Part shown: in pieces, positions 1 to 13,605 of the stretch
How positions within the stretch are numbered: position 1 is the stretch's first letter
Layout of the letters: each line of letters opens with the position of its first letter
From: Thermodesulfobacteriota bacterium
GTDB taxonomy: Bacteria; Desulfobacterota_D; UBA1144; Nemesobacterales; JAJCZQ01
Direction of reading: 5' to 3'
DNA length: 64,000 bases
Assembly: GCA_965203965.1 (NCBI GenBank)
Contig: CBDBDR010000017.1
Location: 640,001 to 704,000 of the forward strand
The notes under the pieces: generated by a model
Databases searched by the model: none
Told to the model about the DNA's origin: nothing
What the model saw: the letters and a program-made list of their open reading frames with translations, nothing else
Made by a program: the position numbers and the translations under genes

Positions 1-2203
<2,203 letters not shown>

Positions 2204-2282
2204 GCGAGGCATAAAAATCCTCAAAATTACCTTTCTATCGTAATACCTAATGGCACGTTTAATTACTCAGCATTATATTCAG

Positions 2283-2295
2283 TTGTCAAAGATCA
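2283..2295 (-). promoter_or_regulatory. boxA antitermination element in 16S-23S spacer
   Basis: TGATCTTTGACAA just downstream of tRNA-Ala; matches the leader copy at 4147-4159. Confidence 0.7.
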
Positions 2296-2301
2296 AAATT
2301 A

Positions 2302-2374
2302 TGGAGGTGAGCGGGATCGAACCGCTGACCTTCTGCTTGCAAAGCAGGTGCTCTCCCAGCTGAGCTACACCCCC
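2302..2374 (-). tRNA. tRNA-Ala(TGC)
   Basis: GGGGGTG/CACCTCC acceptor stem with G3:U70; anticodon TGC; CCA not encoded. Confidence 0.97.
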
Positions 2375-2387
2375 CAATAGATTAGCG

Positions 2388-2461
<74 letters not shown>

Positions 2462-2548
2462 GCCCTGATAAAACTTTTATGAGAACACAAAAAATTTTAA
2501 TTTAATAAATAGCAGCAAAGAAGAAAGTTTTGAGTCAAATTCTCCGTT

Positions 2549-4084
<1,536 letters not shown>

Positions 4085-4132
4085 ACTGAAAAACAATTTA
4101 TAAACTAATGGAATTTACCCTTAACTCGCTTC

Positions 4133-4159
4133 TTGCTGCTATTTAATTTTCAAAGATCA
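4133..4159 (-). promoter_or_regulatory. rrn leader boxA and 16S processing-stem arm
   Basis: TGATCTTTGAAAA at 4147-4159; 4133-4145 is the perfect 13-bp complement of 2506-2518, which flanks the 16S 3' end. Confidence 0.75.
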
Positions 4160-4191
4160 ATAATAAACCTCGTAATAACGAGGGGAGATTT

Positions 4192-4219
4192 ATAATAGTC
4201 AATAAATGACCGATGTCAA
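4192..4219 (-). promoter_or_regulatory. putative sigma70 rrn promoter
   Basis: TTGACA-16 nt-TATTAT upstream of the leader boxA. Confidence 0.5.
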
Positions 4220-4341
4220 TACAATAAATCTCAATTTATGAAAATAATATGAAAAGATCTAATTGTCCTGTCAGACTTGTGCCTGACACCCTAATCCGTA
4301 GTAGGTAAATTTCCTATTCCCTTTCCCTGACGGGGTGGCAT

Positions 4342-5022
4342 TTATCTTCTTGCAGGCAGTTTTATAACTTCCGCATCCTTTGGAGGTTTGAACCTAAAAA
4401 CACGGTCGGAGATATTTGTGTTCGTCCGGGGCTTTAACAGCGAGATACTGGTTTGATTACCAAATGGGTCAAAAAGGTAAATCGTATCTACAAGTGAACT
4501 TGACCTGTTTACGTTTATGACAATTCGGTTATTAACATCTTCTTTGTTCCCTTCCTTTGGAGTTAATTCAAGCAGGTCACCATTTTTTACACTCAAACTC
4601 TTATCATTTACAAATTTAACCTCGAATAGTTTTCTTATTTCTCCTAAACCTGAAAGGAGCATTGCAGAACCTGTATCCTCGCTGATATTTTCAAGTGTGG
4701 ATTCCATTACCTGATTGTCCTGCTCAAAGTAGTAAAAAACCTTCTTGCCATCTGAAACTATCTTATCCTTTGTAGGTGAATGGTAGCTCCACTTCATTTT
4801 ATCCGGCTTCTTAAACCAAACTTTTCCGAAAGATTTCTGTGTCTTTCCAAGAGCCCTTACCTCAACCTCCTGAGAAAAGTCAGCGTGGAAATCACTTATG
4901 TTCTTATATTTTTCTTGTAATTTATCCACAATCCTATTCAAGTCATATTCCTGACTTGAGAAAACCACCTGACTTGAAGCAACAAATGTAAAAATTAGAA
5001 CTGCATAAACTTTTCTTATCAA
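4342..5022 (-). CDS. lolA: outer-membrane lipoprotein carrier protein LolA
   Basis: Signal peptide; ADFSQ, GKVWFKKPDKMKWSY, IVSDG, F-x-FKPP motifs; follows ftsK. Confidence 0.9.
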   Translation of the reverse strand: MIRKVYAVLIFTFVASSQVVFSSQEYDLNRIVDKLQEKYKNISDFHADFSQEVEVRALGKTQKSFGKVWFKKPDKMKWSYHSPTKDKIVSDGKKVFYYFEQDNQVMESTLENISEDTGSAMLLSGLGEIRKLFEVKFVNDKSLSVKNGDLLELTPKEGNKEDVNNRIVINVNRSSSLVDTIYLFDPFGNQTSISLLKPRTNTNISDRVFRFKPPKDAEVIKLPARR

Positions 5023-7262
5023 CTTCTTAACTCCTTTATTCGATCTACGTCAATATAAACTTCCCTTGGTTTTCCCGCAGACTCCTGCGGTCCTATGATC
5101 CCTTCCCTTTCCATCATCTCCACTATATTTGCAGCCCTGTTGTAACCTATCTTAAGTCTTCTTTGTAACATGGAAATAGAAACCTGTTTTGTATCAACAA
5201 TAATTTTCAAGGCTTCTTTGTATAACTCATCTTTCTCACTATCAAAGTCCCCAAGCTCTTCAGAATCGTCAATATGTGTAATATCTTCATTATATTCAGG
5301 ATGTCCCTGACGTTTAAGATAATCAGTTATCCTTTCCCTCTCACGATCTGATATTAAAGCCCCTTGTATCCTGATCAGTAACGGAGAACCCGGCTTCAAA
5401 AATAACATATCACCTTTTCCGAGGAGACTTTCAGCCCCACCCGTATCAAGGATTATCCTTGAATCAACTTTGGACGACACATGAAATGATATTCTTGATG
5501 GGAAATTTGCTTTTAAGAGACCAGCTACAATATCCGCCGAAGGTCTTTGTGTAGCAACTATAAGGTGGATACCCGCCGCCCGTGCTTTTTGGGAAAGTCT
5601 TGTGATAGACTCTTTAATTTCACTCGGTGCAACCATCATAAGGTCAGCCAACTCGTCAATTATAATAACGATATAGGGCATCCATTTATCCCACTTGTCT
5701 TCTGGGTCCTCAATCTTAATCTTTTGATTGTAGGTTTCCAGATCCCTTACTCCCTCTTGAGAAAGCAACTGGTATCTGCTCTCCATCTCGTTTACAGCCC
5801 ATTTAAGCGCTGCTGCCGCTTTAATCGGTTCCGTTACAACAGGATGTAATAAATGAGGAATTCCTTCATAAATTGATAACTCAAGCATCTTGGGGTCTAT
5901 CATAATGAACTTTAGCTCTCTCGGAGTCGACTTATAAACAAGACTCGCAAGGATCGCATTTAATAACACACTTTTTCCTGATCCCGTGGTTCCAGCTATC
6001 ATTAAATGAGGGGATTTTCTCAGGTCAGTGTAAAGTGGCTTCCCTGAAATATCTTTACCGAGTGCAATAGTGAGTGCCGAGTTTTTATCCATGAAGTCAG
6101 GAGATTCAATAAGCTCCCTTATAACAACTGTTTCCCGTTCTTGATTGGGCACTTCAATACCGACCACGTCCTTGCCAGGTATTGGAGCAATTATTCTTAT
6201 GCTTAACGCACTAAGACCCATTGCAAGGTCACTGTCCAAAGATGCTATCTTATTTATTTTTATCCCGGGCGCGGGCTTGTATTCAAACATCGTGATCACG
6301 GGTCCCGGCCTGATTTCCGTTACCTTACCCGTAACACCAAAGTCCTTCAGTTTATTCTCAATAAGTCTTGCTTCTCTATAAACGGCTTCCTTATCAACTT
6401 CTATTTGAGTATTGGTGCCCGGGTCAAGCATATCCGGTGGAGGAAGTTCAAAATTCCTTCTTAAAGGCGGGTCTGCCAACTCAATCTGATCCGATCCATT
6501 GCTCCCCGTCTCCAATTCTAAAACGATCTCAGGCTCGAAATCTTTATCCCCCGTCATGGTTTCATCAATCTCAGACCCGTTGGTGGGAACGTCAAGTACC
6601 GGTGCAGAAAAAACTTTTTGATTGTATTCTCTTTTTTCCTGAACCTTAGCTTTATTCCTATTGCTTATGACCACGGACAGACCGTAGACCTTTGCAACTG
6701 AATTATAAGTGGCTTTGGCCGTATGATTTATAGCTCCATTTAGTAACGCAAAAAGATGGGATAATTTAAATTCCGTTATTAACATCACACTCATTAAGAG
6801 AAACACCGTTACTATGATGTAAGACCCTATTGTCCCGGCAAAGATATTCTCCATTTTTGATGATAAAATTGCTCCTACCGCACCGCCGGCTGAGTTGTAA
6901 CCAAATAGATCTCCCGCGAATATCAGTCCCATAAGAGTTGTCAGGGACAAAATAAAAATAAAAGAAGAAAGAGTCTTTCTGTATAAATTTTGTCCCGGCT
7001 TACTTGTGAAAACAATGTAAGCCAAATAGAACATGGCAAACGGAATGAAAAAGGAGGTAACCCCGAAAAACTCCACCAATTTTCCAGATATAAAAACACC
7101 TATTGAACCCATGGTGTTTTCAATGTCATATCCCGATTCTGAACTGTAAAAGAATAAACTTAAAAAAGAAAAAATTCCGATTGTAAACAAGATAGCCGAA
7201 AGTATCTCATTGACTAAAGTAGTACCTGTGTTCTTGTATGCTTGATTTTTCCTTTTAGCCAT
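5019..7262 (-). CDS. ftsK: DNA translocase FtsK
   Basis: N-terminal TM segments; GPVITMFE, Walker [24 protein letters not shown]; gamma domain LQRRLKIGYNRAA. Confidence 0.97.
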   Translation of the reverse strand: MAKRKNQAYKNTGTTLVNEILSAILFTIGIFSFLSLFFYSSESGYDIENTMGSIGVFISGKLVEFFGVTSFFIPFAMFYLAYIVFTSKPGQNLYRKTLSSFIFILSLTTLMGLIFAGDLFGYNSAGGAVGAILSSKMENIFAGTIGSYIIVTVFLLMSVMLITEFKLSHLFALLNGAINHTAKATYNSVAKVYGLSVVISNRNKAKVQEKREYNQKVFSAPVLDVPTNGSEIDETMTGDKDFEPEIVLELETGSNGSDQIELADPPLRRNFELPPPDMLDPGTNTQIEVDKEAVYREARLIENKLKDFGVTGKVTEIRPGPVITMFEYKPAPGIKINKIASLDSDLAMGLSALSIRIIAPIPGKDVVGIEVPNQERETVVIRELIESPDFMDKNSALTIALGKDISGKPLYTDLRKSPHLMIAGTTGSGKSVLLNAILASLVYKSTPRELKFIMIDPKMLELSIYEGIPHLLHPVVTEPIKAAAALKWAVNEMESRYQLLSQEGVRDLETYNQKIKIEDPEDKWDKWMPYIVIIIDELADLMMVAPSEIKESITRLSQKARAAGIHLIVATQRPSADIVAGLLKANFPSRISFHVSSKVDSRIILDTGGAESLLGKGDMLFLKPGSPLLIRIQGALISDRERERITDYLKRQGHPEYNEDITHIDDSEELGDFDSEKDELYKEALKIIVDTKQVSISMLQRRLKIGYNRAANIVEMMEREGIIGPQESAGKPREVYIDVDRIKELRS

Positions 7263-7381
7263 AACAAACTTTTAACTATACTGCAAACAATCTTACCATA
7301 TAAAAATCTGGGAATTATCCCCTACAAAATTTAGGAACTCAGTGATTAACACCCCGTAACTTATAACACAAAAATTTTTAC

Positions 7382-8830
7382 TCAAAAAGGATTTACAGCT
7401 TTAACCGCAAATTCTATTGAATAAAGAGGAAACAGTCCAAAGAGCAAAGTTGCCAGTGATAGAACTCCTATGGAAATCGCTGAAGTCCGACTATAAGGCT
7501 CAAAACTGTATTTTTCATCCCGCATAAAGGCATAAACCAGAACTTTCAAATAATAGTAGGCTGATAACACGCTGTTTATTACCCCGATCACAACTAAAGT
7601 GTATAGCTGAACGTCGACAGCGGAAAGAAATATCCTGTATTTTGCAAAAAAGCCCACGGTAGGAGGAATTCCAGCAAGAGAGAACATAAAGATCCCTAGA
7701 CAGATCGCAGTGTATGGTTTTTTTATCCACAAACCTGATATACCGTCATAATCATTTCTCTCTTTACCCTCTCTGATCAGACAGCAGATAATTGCAAAAG
7801 CTCCCATGTTCATAACAGTGTAGGCACAAATGTAGTAAAGCACCTCACTCAACGCATTTGACTGACCTTTCATTTGGGCTATTATGCCAATAAGAACATA
7901 GCCTGTATGAGCTATACTTGAATAGGCAAGCATTCTCTTTATGCTTCCCTGAACGATAGCAGATACGTTACCGATCGTCATTGTCAGAATTGATATTATT
8001 ATCAGCACTTTTTCCACGCCCAACCCAGATATATTTATCCCTTGAAATAAAACCCTCAATAAAACTGCAAAAGCTGCGGCTTTAACAGCAACTGACATGA
8101 AAGCGGTTATGGTAGTGGGTGCACCTTCATAGGTGTCAGGTATCCATTGGTGAAGAGGCACCGCACCTATTTTGAAAAGAAACCCCACTAATACGAGAAT
8201 TGACCCTGTAAGGTAAAGAGGGTCCCCGGAATCAAAATTGGCAAGTATATTGTCCAGAAAAACAGAGCCTGTTGCACCATAAAGAAGCGCCATGCCGTAA
8301 AGAAGAATTGCTGATGAAAAACCGCCTAATACCAGATATTTAATACCTGATTCTGTAGATTTGACCGATTTCCTGTTGAACCCGCTGAGCACGTAAACTG
8401 AAATTGACATAATCTCAAATCCTATGAACAGTGATATAAACTCTTTCGCAGAACTCAAAAACATCATCCCCGTTGTACAAAGCAAAATAAGGGAAAAATA
8501 TTCGCCTATGTTCTCATCATTTTGCATATAATCCCTTGAGATCAATATTGTAAATAAAGCCCCAATAAGAAAGAGAGAGTTGAAATAGGCGGAGAAAACG
8601 TCAAGGGAAAGTGCACCGTCAAAAGCAATCCAATTCTCGCTGGGAGTTATGAACCGTTCTAAATTAAAGAAGAAGGAAAGACAAACACCAACAACGGCAA
8701 TCGCAAAACCGTAAGACCTGCTCTTTTCTCCAACCAAAGAAGTTACAAGAATAGCAACTAAAGAGGCAATAACTAAAATCAGTTCGGGGATTATAGAATA
8801 TACACTGGTAAGTAAAGAACTCAGCTCCAT
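7382..8830 (-). CDS. nuoN: NADH-quinone oxidoreductase subunit N (stand-alone)
   Basis: Polytopic; ESGIKY, FKIGAVPLHQWIPDTYEGAP, KRMLAYSSIAHTGY, SLAGIPPTVGFFAK. Confidence 0.9.
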   Translation of the reverse strand: MELSSLLTSVYSIIPELILVIASLVAILVTSLVGEKSRSYGFAIAVVGVCLSFFFNLERFITPSENWIAFDGALSLDVFSAYFNSLFLIGALFTILISRDYMQNDENIGEYFSLILLCTTGMMFLSSAKEFISLFIGFEIMSISVYVLSGFNRKSVKSTESGIKYLVLGGFSSAILLYGMALLYGATGSVFLDNILANFDSGDPLYLTGSILVLVGFLFKIGAVPLHQWIPDTYEGAPTTITAFMSVAVKAAAFAVLLRVLFQGINISGLGVEKVLIIISILTMTIGNVSAIVQGSIKRMLAYSSIAHTGYVLIGIIAQMKGQSNALSEVLYYICAYTVMNMGAFAIICCLIREGKERNDYDGISGLWIKKPYTAICLGIFMFSLAGIPPTVGFFAKYRIFLSAVDVQLYTLVVIGVINSVLSAYYYLKVLVYAFMRDEKYSFEPYSRTSAISIGVLSLATLLFGLFPLYSIEFAVKAVNPF

Positions 8831-8913
8831 TTTAGTTGCAAAGCGAAAATAAGATTTGAGGGTTTTAGTATGTTTGAACGATGCTTATTGTCAAGAACCA
8901 TTGATAGAGAAAG

Positions 8914-9375
8914 TCAATCTATAATATCAAATTCGACACGTTCAAAGCAAGAGTCAGTTTCATTTAAATACCAGAGTCTTGCATCTTTGTATTTCCCTTT
9001 ATTTATTGAAAAAATAATGTATCCCCAACCCGGCGAGGCAATTTTTCTGTCGGTTTCAGATGGTTTTGAAGGATGATCAGGATGCGAATGGTAAATGCCC
9101 ATTATATCAAGACCGTTTTGCCTTGCCCAATTATCAGCTTCAATAAATGAGTTTGGATCCAACTCAAACCGATCCCTAAGACGCTCCTTATTAAGCTGAT
9201 TATAGGTCTTAAATTCCGTCTTTACACTGTCTTGAGAAATTAAATTTTTGCATTCCCTATGATTAGTTATCTCCTCTCCTTTTCCGATCATAACACCACA
9301 AACCTCATAGGGATAACCGCATTCGGCATGACCCATCATACCTTCATAGGCGGCTTTTTTTATTTTTACCACCAT
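8914..9375 (-). CDS. JAB/Mov34 (M67) metallo-isopeptidase, Mec-like
   Basis: YPYEVCG and JAMM motif YHSHPDHPSKPSETD. Confidence 0.9.
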   Translation of the reverse strand: MVVKIKKAAYEGMMGHAECGYPYEVCGVMIGKGEEITNHRECKNLISQDSVKTEFKTYNQLNKERLRDRFELDPNSFIEADNWARQNGLDIMGIYHSHPDHPSKPSETDRKIASPGWGYIIFSINKGKYKDARLWYLNETDSCFERVEFDIID

Positions 9376-10280
9376 ATTCCCTCACTCAGATACCTAAAAC
9401 CACTGTCAGGCAGGACAGTTACGATCACTCCTGCATCCAGTTCTTTTGCATATTCAAACACGCAGTGCACCGCCGCACCTCCTGAGTGACCAATAAAAAG
9501 ACCCTTTTTATCCATGACCTTTTTCATCATTGTATATGATTTCTCTGTTTCGACCTCAACTATTTCGTCCGCAAAAGCCTCATTGTATATTTCGGGCACT
9601 ATTGAAGTGGATATGTGCTTTAAACCTTCAAGTCCATGAAGCGGTTCCGAAGGTTGCATAGCAATTACCTTAATATTTTTGTTGAATTCCTTCAATCCGG
9701 TTCCCGTTCCCATCAATGTGCCACTGGTGCCGATCCCGGCAAGAAAATGTGTTACACTGCCCCCAGTCTGGTGCCATATCTCGGGTGCCGTAGTTTTGTA
9801 ATGAGCTCTGGGATTTGCAGGATTATTGTATTGATCTGGCATAAAATACTTGTCGGGATTTTTCTCTTTTATCTTCTTTGCAAGCCTAATGGCACCATCT
9901 GAGCCTTCAAAAGGATTGGAGTTTATAATCTTTGCTCCGTATGCTTGAATTACCTTTTTTCTTTCAAAATTGACATTCTCCGGTATTACTAACTCAACTT
10001 TATATCCAAGTACGGCACCGATCATGGAATAAGCGATCGCGGTGTTGCCAGAAGATGAGTCCATTATAATTCTATCTTCGGTCAACTCACCCGAGTTAAT
10101 CCCATCCATTATCATTCCAAACGCCGGTCTGTCTTTTACGGAACCACCCGGATTAAACCATTCGGCTTTTGCGTATATCTCAACGTTTGACTTAATATCA
10201 GGGTCAATATTATTTAGTGATATGAGAGGCGTATTGCCTATCAAGTCAAGCAGGTTTTTAATATTTCTGCTGTTTTTCAC
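9366..10280 (-). CDS. cysM: PLP-dependent cysteine synthase (CysM-like)
   Basis: IGNTPL, NPGGSVKDR (PLP Lys), SSGNTA, GIGTSGT, short C-terminus DSGFRYLS. Confidence 0.85.
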   Translation of the reverse strand: MKNSRNIKNLLDLIGNTPLISLNNIDPDIKSNVEIYAKAEWFNPGGSVKDRPAFGMIMDGINSGELTEDRIIMDSSSGNTAIAYSMIGAVLGYKVELVIPENVNFERKKVIQAYGAKIINSNPFEGSDGAIRLAKKIKEKNPDKYFMPDQYNNPANPRAHYKTTAPEIWHQTGGSVTHFLAGIGTSGTLMGTGTGLKEFNKNIKVIAMQPSEPLHGLEGLKHISTSIVPEIYNEAFADEIVEVETEKSYTMMKKVMDKKGLFIGHSGGAAVHCVFEYAKELDAGVIVTVLPDSGFRYLSEGIWW

Positions 10281-10310
10281 GGTTTTAACTGGAAATACTA
10301 CAGTTATAGG

Positions 10311-10550
10311 TCAGCAACGCTCAATCAGAATTTTGTAAAGATGAGAATCAGTCATGTAAATCTCCAATATCTTGTGTCCTTCTTGTTTAATGCTTTTAGG
10401 TAAGTTAGCTAATGACTCACCTTCCCTCAGACTAACTTCAAGTATCTGCCCCTTCTCCATTGTTGCAAGTTTGAGCTTCGTCTTAACAAAGGTCATAGGA
10501 CATATTTCTTTGGTAACATCAATTGACTGATCGTGCTTATATTCTGCCAT
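10311..10550 (-). CDS. TusA/SirA-family sulfur carrier protein
   Basis: D-V-x4-CPMTFVKTKL motif, GQILEV, 79 aa. Confidence 0.88.
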   Translation of the reverse strand: MAEYKHDQSIDVTKEICPMTFVKTKLKLATMEKGQILEVSLREGESLANLPKSIKQEGHKILEIYMTDSHLYKILIERC

Positions 10551-10863
10551 AACGATAAAAGAGTATCTATATTGTATCCTGTCTTACTTTATCACAACCA
10601 ACCGTCTATAACAAAATAAAGTGAGTTCAAGAAAAAGTTGTAACCGCACGTTAAGATATTAACGTGTATATTGAAAGTAAAAATGGTGATGGTAGGTAGT
10701 CCACCCACGTCAGAATAAGCAGGTTGGTAGAGTCTTTTTTAATTTAATTCAAAAATTCTGCTCAATATAAAAACCACTGACGGGATACCCTCAAATTGAT
10801 CTTGTGCAATAACTTTATGAAACAGAAAACTGAAATTTTTCTCTTTCTCTAAAACTAAACCAA

Positions 10864-11571
10864 CTAATGAGACCCAACCCATGAAATAACCGATTCAAAT
10901 ATAAGCCTGCCTTGACTCCCCCCAGTTGTTGAGTGAGATGCTCTCTCGGGATGAGGCATCATACCAAGAACGTTATGTCCGGAGTTGCAGATCCCCGCAA
11001 CGTTGTGAGCGGAGCCGTTGGGATTTGCATCATCTGTTATATTGCCCTTGTCGTCGCAATACCTGAACACCACTCTTGAGTCATCTATAAGATATTTAAA
11101 CTGCTCATCAGACACATAATAGTTTCCCTCACCATTTGCAATGGGAACTCTCAAAATATCACCCTTTCTTAAATTACACGTGAAAGGTGTATTTGTGTTT
11201 TCAACTACAAGGTTTATCCACTTACAAACGAATTTTAATGATGAATTTTTTATAAACGCACCCTGCAACATTCCCGACTCAACTAGTATCTGAAAGCCGT
11301 TACATATTCCAATTACGGGCTTGCCATCTTCTGCAAATTCTTTTACCGCTTCCATCACTGGGGAGAATCTGGCTATGGAGCCGGTTCTGAGATAATCACC
11401 ATAGGAAAAGCCACCGGGTATCAAGATACAGTCAAGACCATCCAGACACGTTTCAAGGTGCCAGATATATTCACAACTTTGAGACAGGAAATCTCTTAGA
11501 ACGTGATAACAGTCGCGGTCGCAATTTGATCCGGGGAATACAACAACTCCGAAATTAGCCATACGGCTCAC
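10864..11571 (-). CDS. purQ: FGAM synthase glutaminase subunit PurQ
   Basis: FPGSNCD, PGGFSYGDYLR, GICNGFQ, MMPHPER. Confidence 0.96.
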   Translation of the reverse strand: MSRMANFGVVVFPGSNCDRDCYHVLRDFLSQSCEYIWHLETCLDGLDCILIPGGFSYGDYLRTGSIARFSPVMEAVKEFAEDGKPVIGICNGFQILVESGMLQGAFIKNSSLKFVCKWINLVVENTNTPFTCNLRKGDILRVPIANGEGNYYVSDEQFKYLIDDSRVVFRYCDDKGNITDDANPNGSAHNVAGICNSGHNVLGMMPHPERASHSTTGGSQGRLIFESVISWVGSH

Positions 11572-11825
11572 AACTCCTCTTGAACATTAATGAAGTAGTC
11601 TTCAATTACAGTATTGGATAACAGTTTGCGGCACATATCCGCAACGGAATTTTGGACTTCATCTAAAGAATCCGAGACAATTCTCATCTCTATTAGTTTT
11701 CCTATCCTTGAATCTGTAACCTGCTTATAACCAAGATTGTGCAGAGCAGAAAGCACTGCCTTCCCTTGGGGATCAAGAACAACGGGCTTTAATTTCACTT
11801 CAACTTTAACCAGAAATTTTTTCAT
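11568..11825 (-). CDS. purS: FGAM synthase subunit PurS
   Basis: VLDPQG, RIGK, MCRKLLSNTVIEDY. Confidence 0.95.
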   Translation of the reverse strand: MKKFLVKVEVKLKPVVLDPQGKAVLSALHNLGYKQVTDSRIGKLIEMRIVSDSLDEVQNSVADMCRKLLSNTVIEDYFINVQEEL

Positions 11826-11839
11826 AGTGGCTTGAAGGT

Positions 11840-12703
11840 CTATACCCTTTTGGTAAGCAGTCCCATGAGTCTCTCAAATTCCTCATCGGAATAATATTGA
11901 ATTTCAATTCTGCCCTTATCCCTCTTACCTTTGATGCTGACTTTGGTGCCCAAGGTTCTTTTAAGCTCTTCCACCATGCCGGTGATAAACATGTCGTTTT
12001 CTACTGATACATTGCCTTGCCTATTGGATGATTGTAGTTTTCTCAACAATTTAACGTGGTTCTCAGTCTGCCTTACGGATAATTTTTTTTGAATTACAAG
12101 GTCAAGTGCCTTATCTATTTCATCCTGGTCTTCCAAAATAACAAGTGCCCTTGCATGACCAGTTGAGATCGTGCCATCCACAAGTGCCTCCTTGGCGCGG
12201 ACAGACAAACTCAAAAGTCGCAGTTGGTTTGATATTGTTGATCTGTCTTTTCCTATTTTCCTTGATATATCATCGTGGGTTAGACTATGGTTATCTATCA
12301 GTTGTTGATATGCTTCAGCTATTTCAACCGGGTTAAGGTCTTCTCTTTGTATATTCTCTACAAGAGCAATCTCAAGTGTTTCTTTCTCATCCGCTTCACT
12401 AACTATTACTGGGACACTCCTGATCCCCGCTATCTGGGACGCTCTCCATCTTCTTTCCCCCGCTATTATTTCATACGAATCACCTGTTTTCCTTACGGCA
12501 AGAGGTTGAATGATCCCCTTTTCCTTTATTGACTCTGAAAGCTCTTTGATAGATGAATCGTTGAAATTTCTCCTTGGTTGTAGGTTGTTAGGTTTTAACT
12601 TTTCTATCGGAAGTATCATTACAGTGCTCTCAGTTGATACCTCCGCGTTGTCCTTTTTGGGTATTAATGCATCCAATCCTTTACCCAACACGGATCTTTT
12701 CAA
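11840..12703 (-). CDS. parB: chromosome partitioning protein ParB
   Basis: LGKGLDALI, QPRRNF, IIAGERRWRA, ENIQREDL, HTH, GHARAL. Confidence 0.96.
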   Translation of the reverse strand: MKRSVLGKGLDALIPKKDNAEVSTESTVMILPIEKLKPNNLQPRRNFNDSSIKELSESIKEKGIIQPLAVRKTGDSYEIIAGERRWRASQIAGIRSVPVIVSEADEKETLEIALVENIQREDLNPVEIAEAYQQLIDNHSLTHDDISRKIGKDRSTISNQLRLLSLSVRAKEALVDGTISTGHARALVILEDQDEIDKALDLVIQKKLSVRQTENHVKLLRKLQSSNRQGNVSVENDMFITGMVEELKRTLGTKVSIKGKRDKGRIEIQYYSDEEFERLMGLLTKRV

Positions 12704-13491
12704 ATCAGGTATCCCCCATTGTCATGGTTGATGATCTCACGTGCCAGCGATAGATAGTTTTCCGCACCGGATGACCTGAGGTCGTAAAGCATAAGAGGCT
12801 TGCCAAAACTAGGAGCCTCTGCCAATTTGACGTTTCTTGTTATCACGGATTTAAAAACTTGCTTGTCAAAATAGTTCTTTATCTCATTTGCAACGGAATG
12901 ACAAATATTATTCCTCTTGTCAAACATGGTAAGAAGGTACCCCTCTACGTTAAGGTAGGGATTGAGTCTTTGACGTATTAAAGAAAGTATACTCTGAAGT
13001 TGACCAAGCCCTTCCAAAGCGTAATACTCACACTGTATAGGCACAAGGACCGAATTTGCCGCGGTAAGTGCATTAACCGTTAAGACCCCAAGTGAGGGAG
13101 GGCAATCAATTATAATGTATTCATATTTATCCTTGATCGTTGAGAGCATATTTTTTAAGACCAATTCTTTTTCATCAAACTGGAACAATTCTACTTCGGC
13201 ACCGGTCAGTTCTGTGTCAGAAGGAGCAATATCAAGAAAATTGTTAAGTTCTCTTTTATGAACTGGGTATATAGTTTCCTCAATTAATATCTCCCCAATC
13301 AAAGCGTGATATATGTTGCTTTCAATATCCTGCTTGTTTATACCAAGCCCGCTTGACGCATTACCTTGAGGGTCAAAATCTATAACAAGGGTTTTTTTAT
13401 CGGCAGCCGCTAAAGATGCACCAAGGTTCACGGTGGTGGTGGTCTTACCTACTCCACCCTTCTGATTTACAACGCATATCGTTTTTGTCAT
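12700..13491 (-). CDS. parA: chromosome partitioning ATPase ParA/Soj
   Basis: NQKGGVGKTT, DPQGNA, DCPPSLG, QCEYYALEG, LAEAPSFG. Confidence 0.96.
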   Translation of the reverse strand: MTKTICVVNQKGGVGKTTTTVNLGASLAAADKKTLVIDFDPQGNASSGLGINKQDIESNIYHALIGEILIEETIYPVHKRELNNFLDIAPSDTELTGAEVELFQFDEKELVLKNMLSTIKDKYEYIIIDCPPSLGVLTVNALTAANSVLVPIQCEYYALEGLGQLQSILSLIRQRLNPYLNVEGYLLTMFDKRNNICHSVANEIKNYFDKQVFKSVITRNVKLAEAPSFGKPLMLYDLRSSGAENYLSLAREIINHDNGGYLI

Positions 13492-13605
13492 CTTAAGTTA
13501 GAAAAATTTGCTTTTAAGGATGATAGACATTATTGTAAATGAAACTAAAAAATATTAAAGATAAAGTATTTCTCTTACTCGTTTCTAAGTTAGACCCCAG
13601 CTAAA

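Noticed and set aside
10680..10800. Possible SAM, ZTP or fluoride riboswitch between purQ and tusA
   Set aside because: I could not find the conserved cores on either strand. It is kept only as an unexplained intergenic region.
11172..11187. parS-like TTACACGTGAAA near parAB
   Set aside because: It only partly matches TGTTTCACGTGAAACA (outer bases wrong) and lies within purQ coding sequence.
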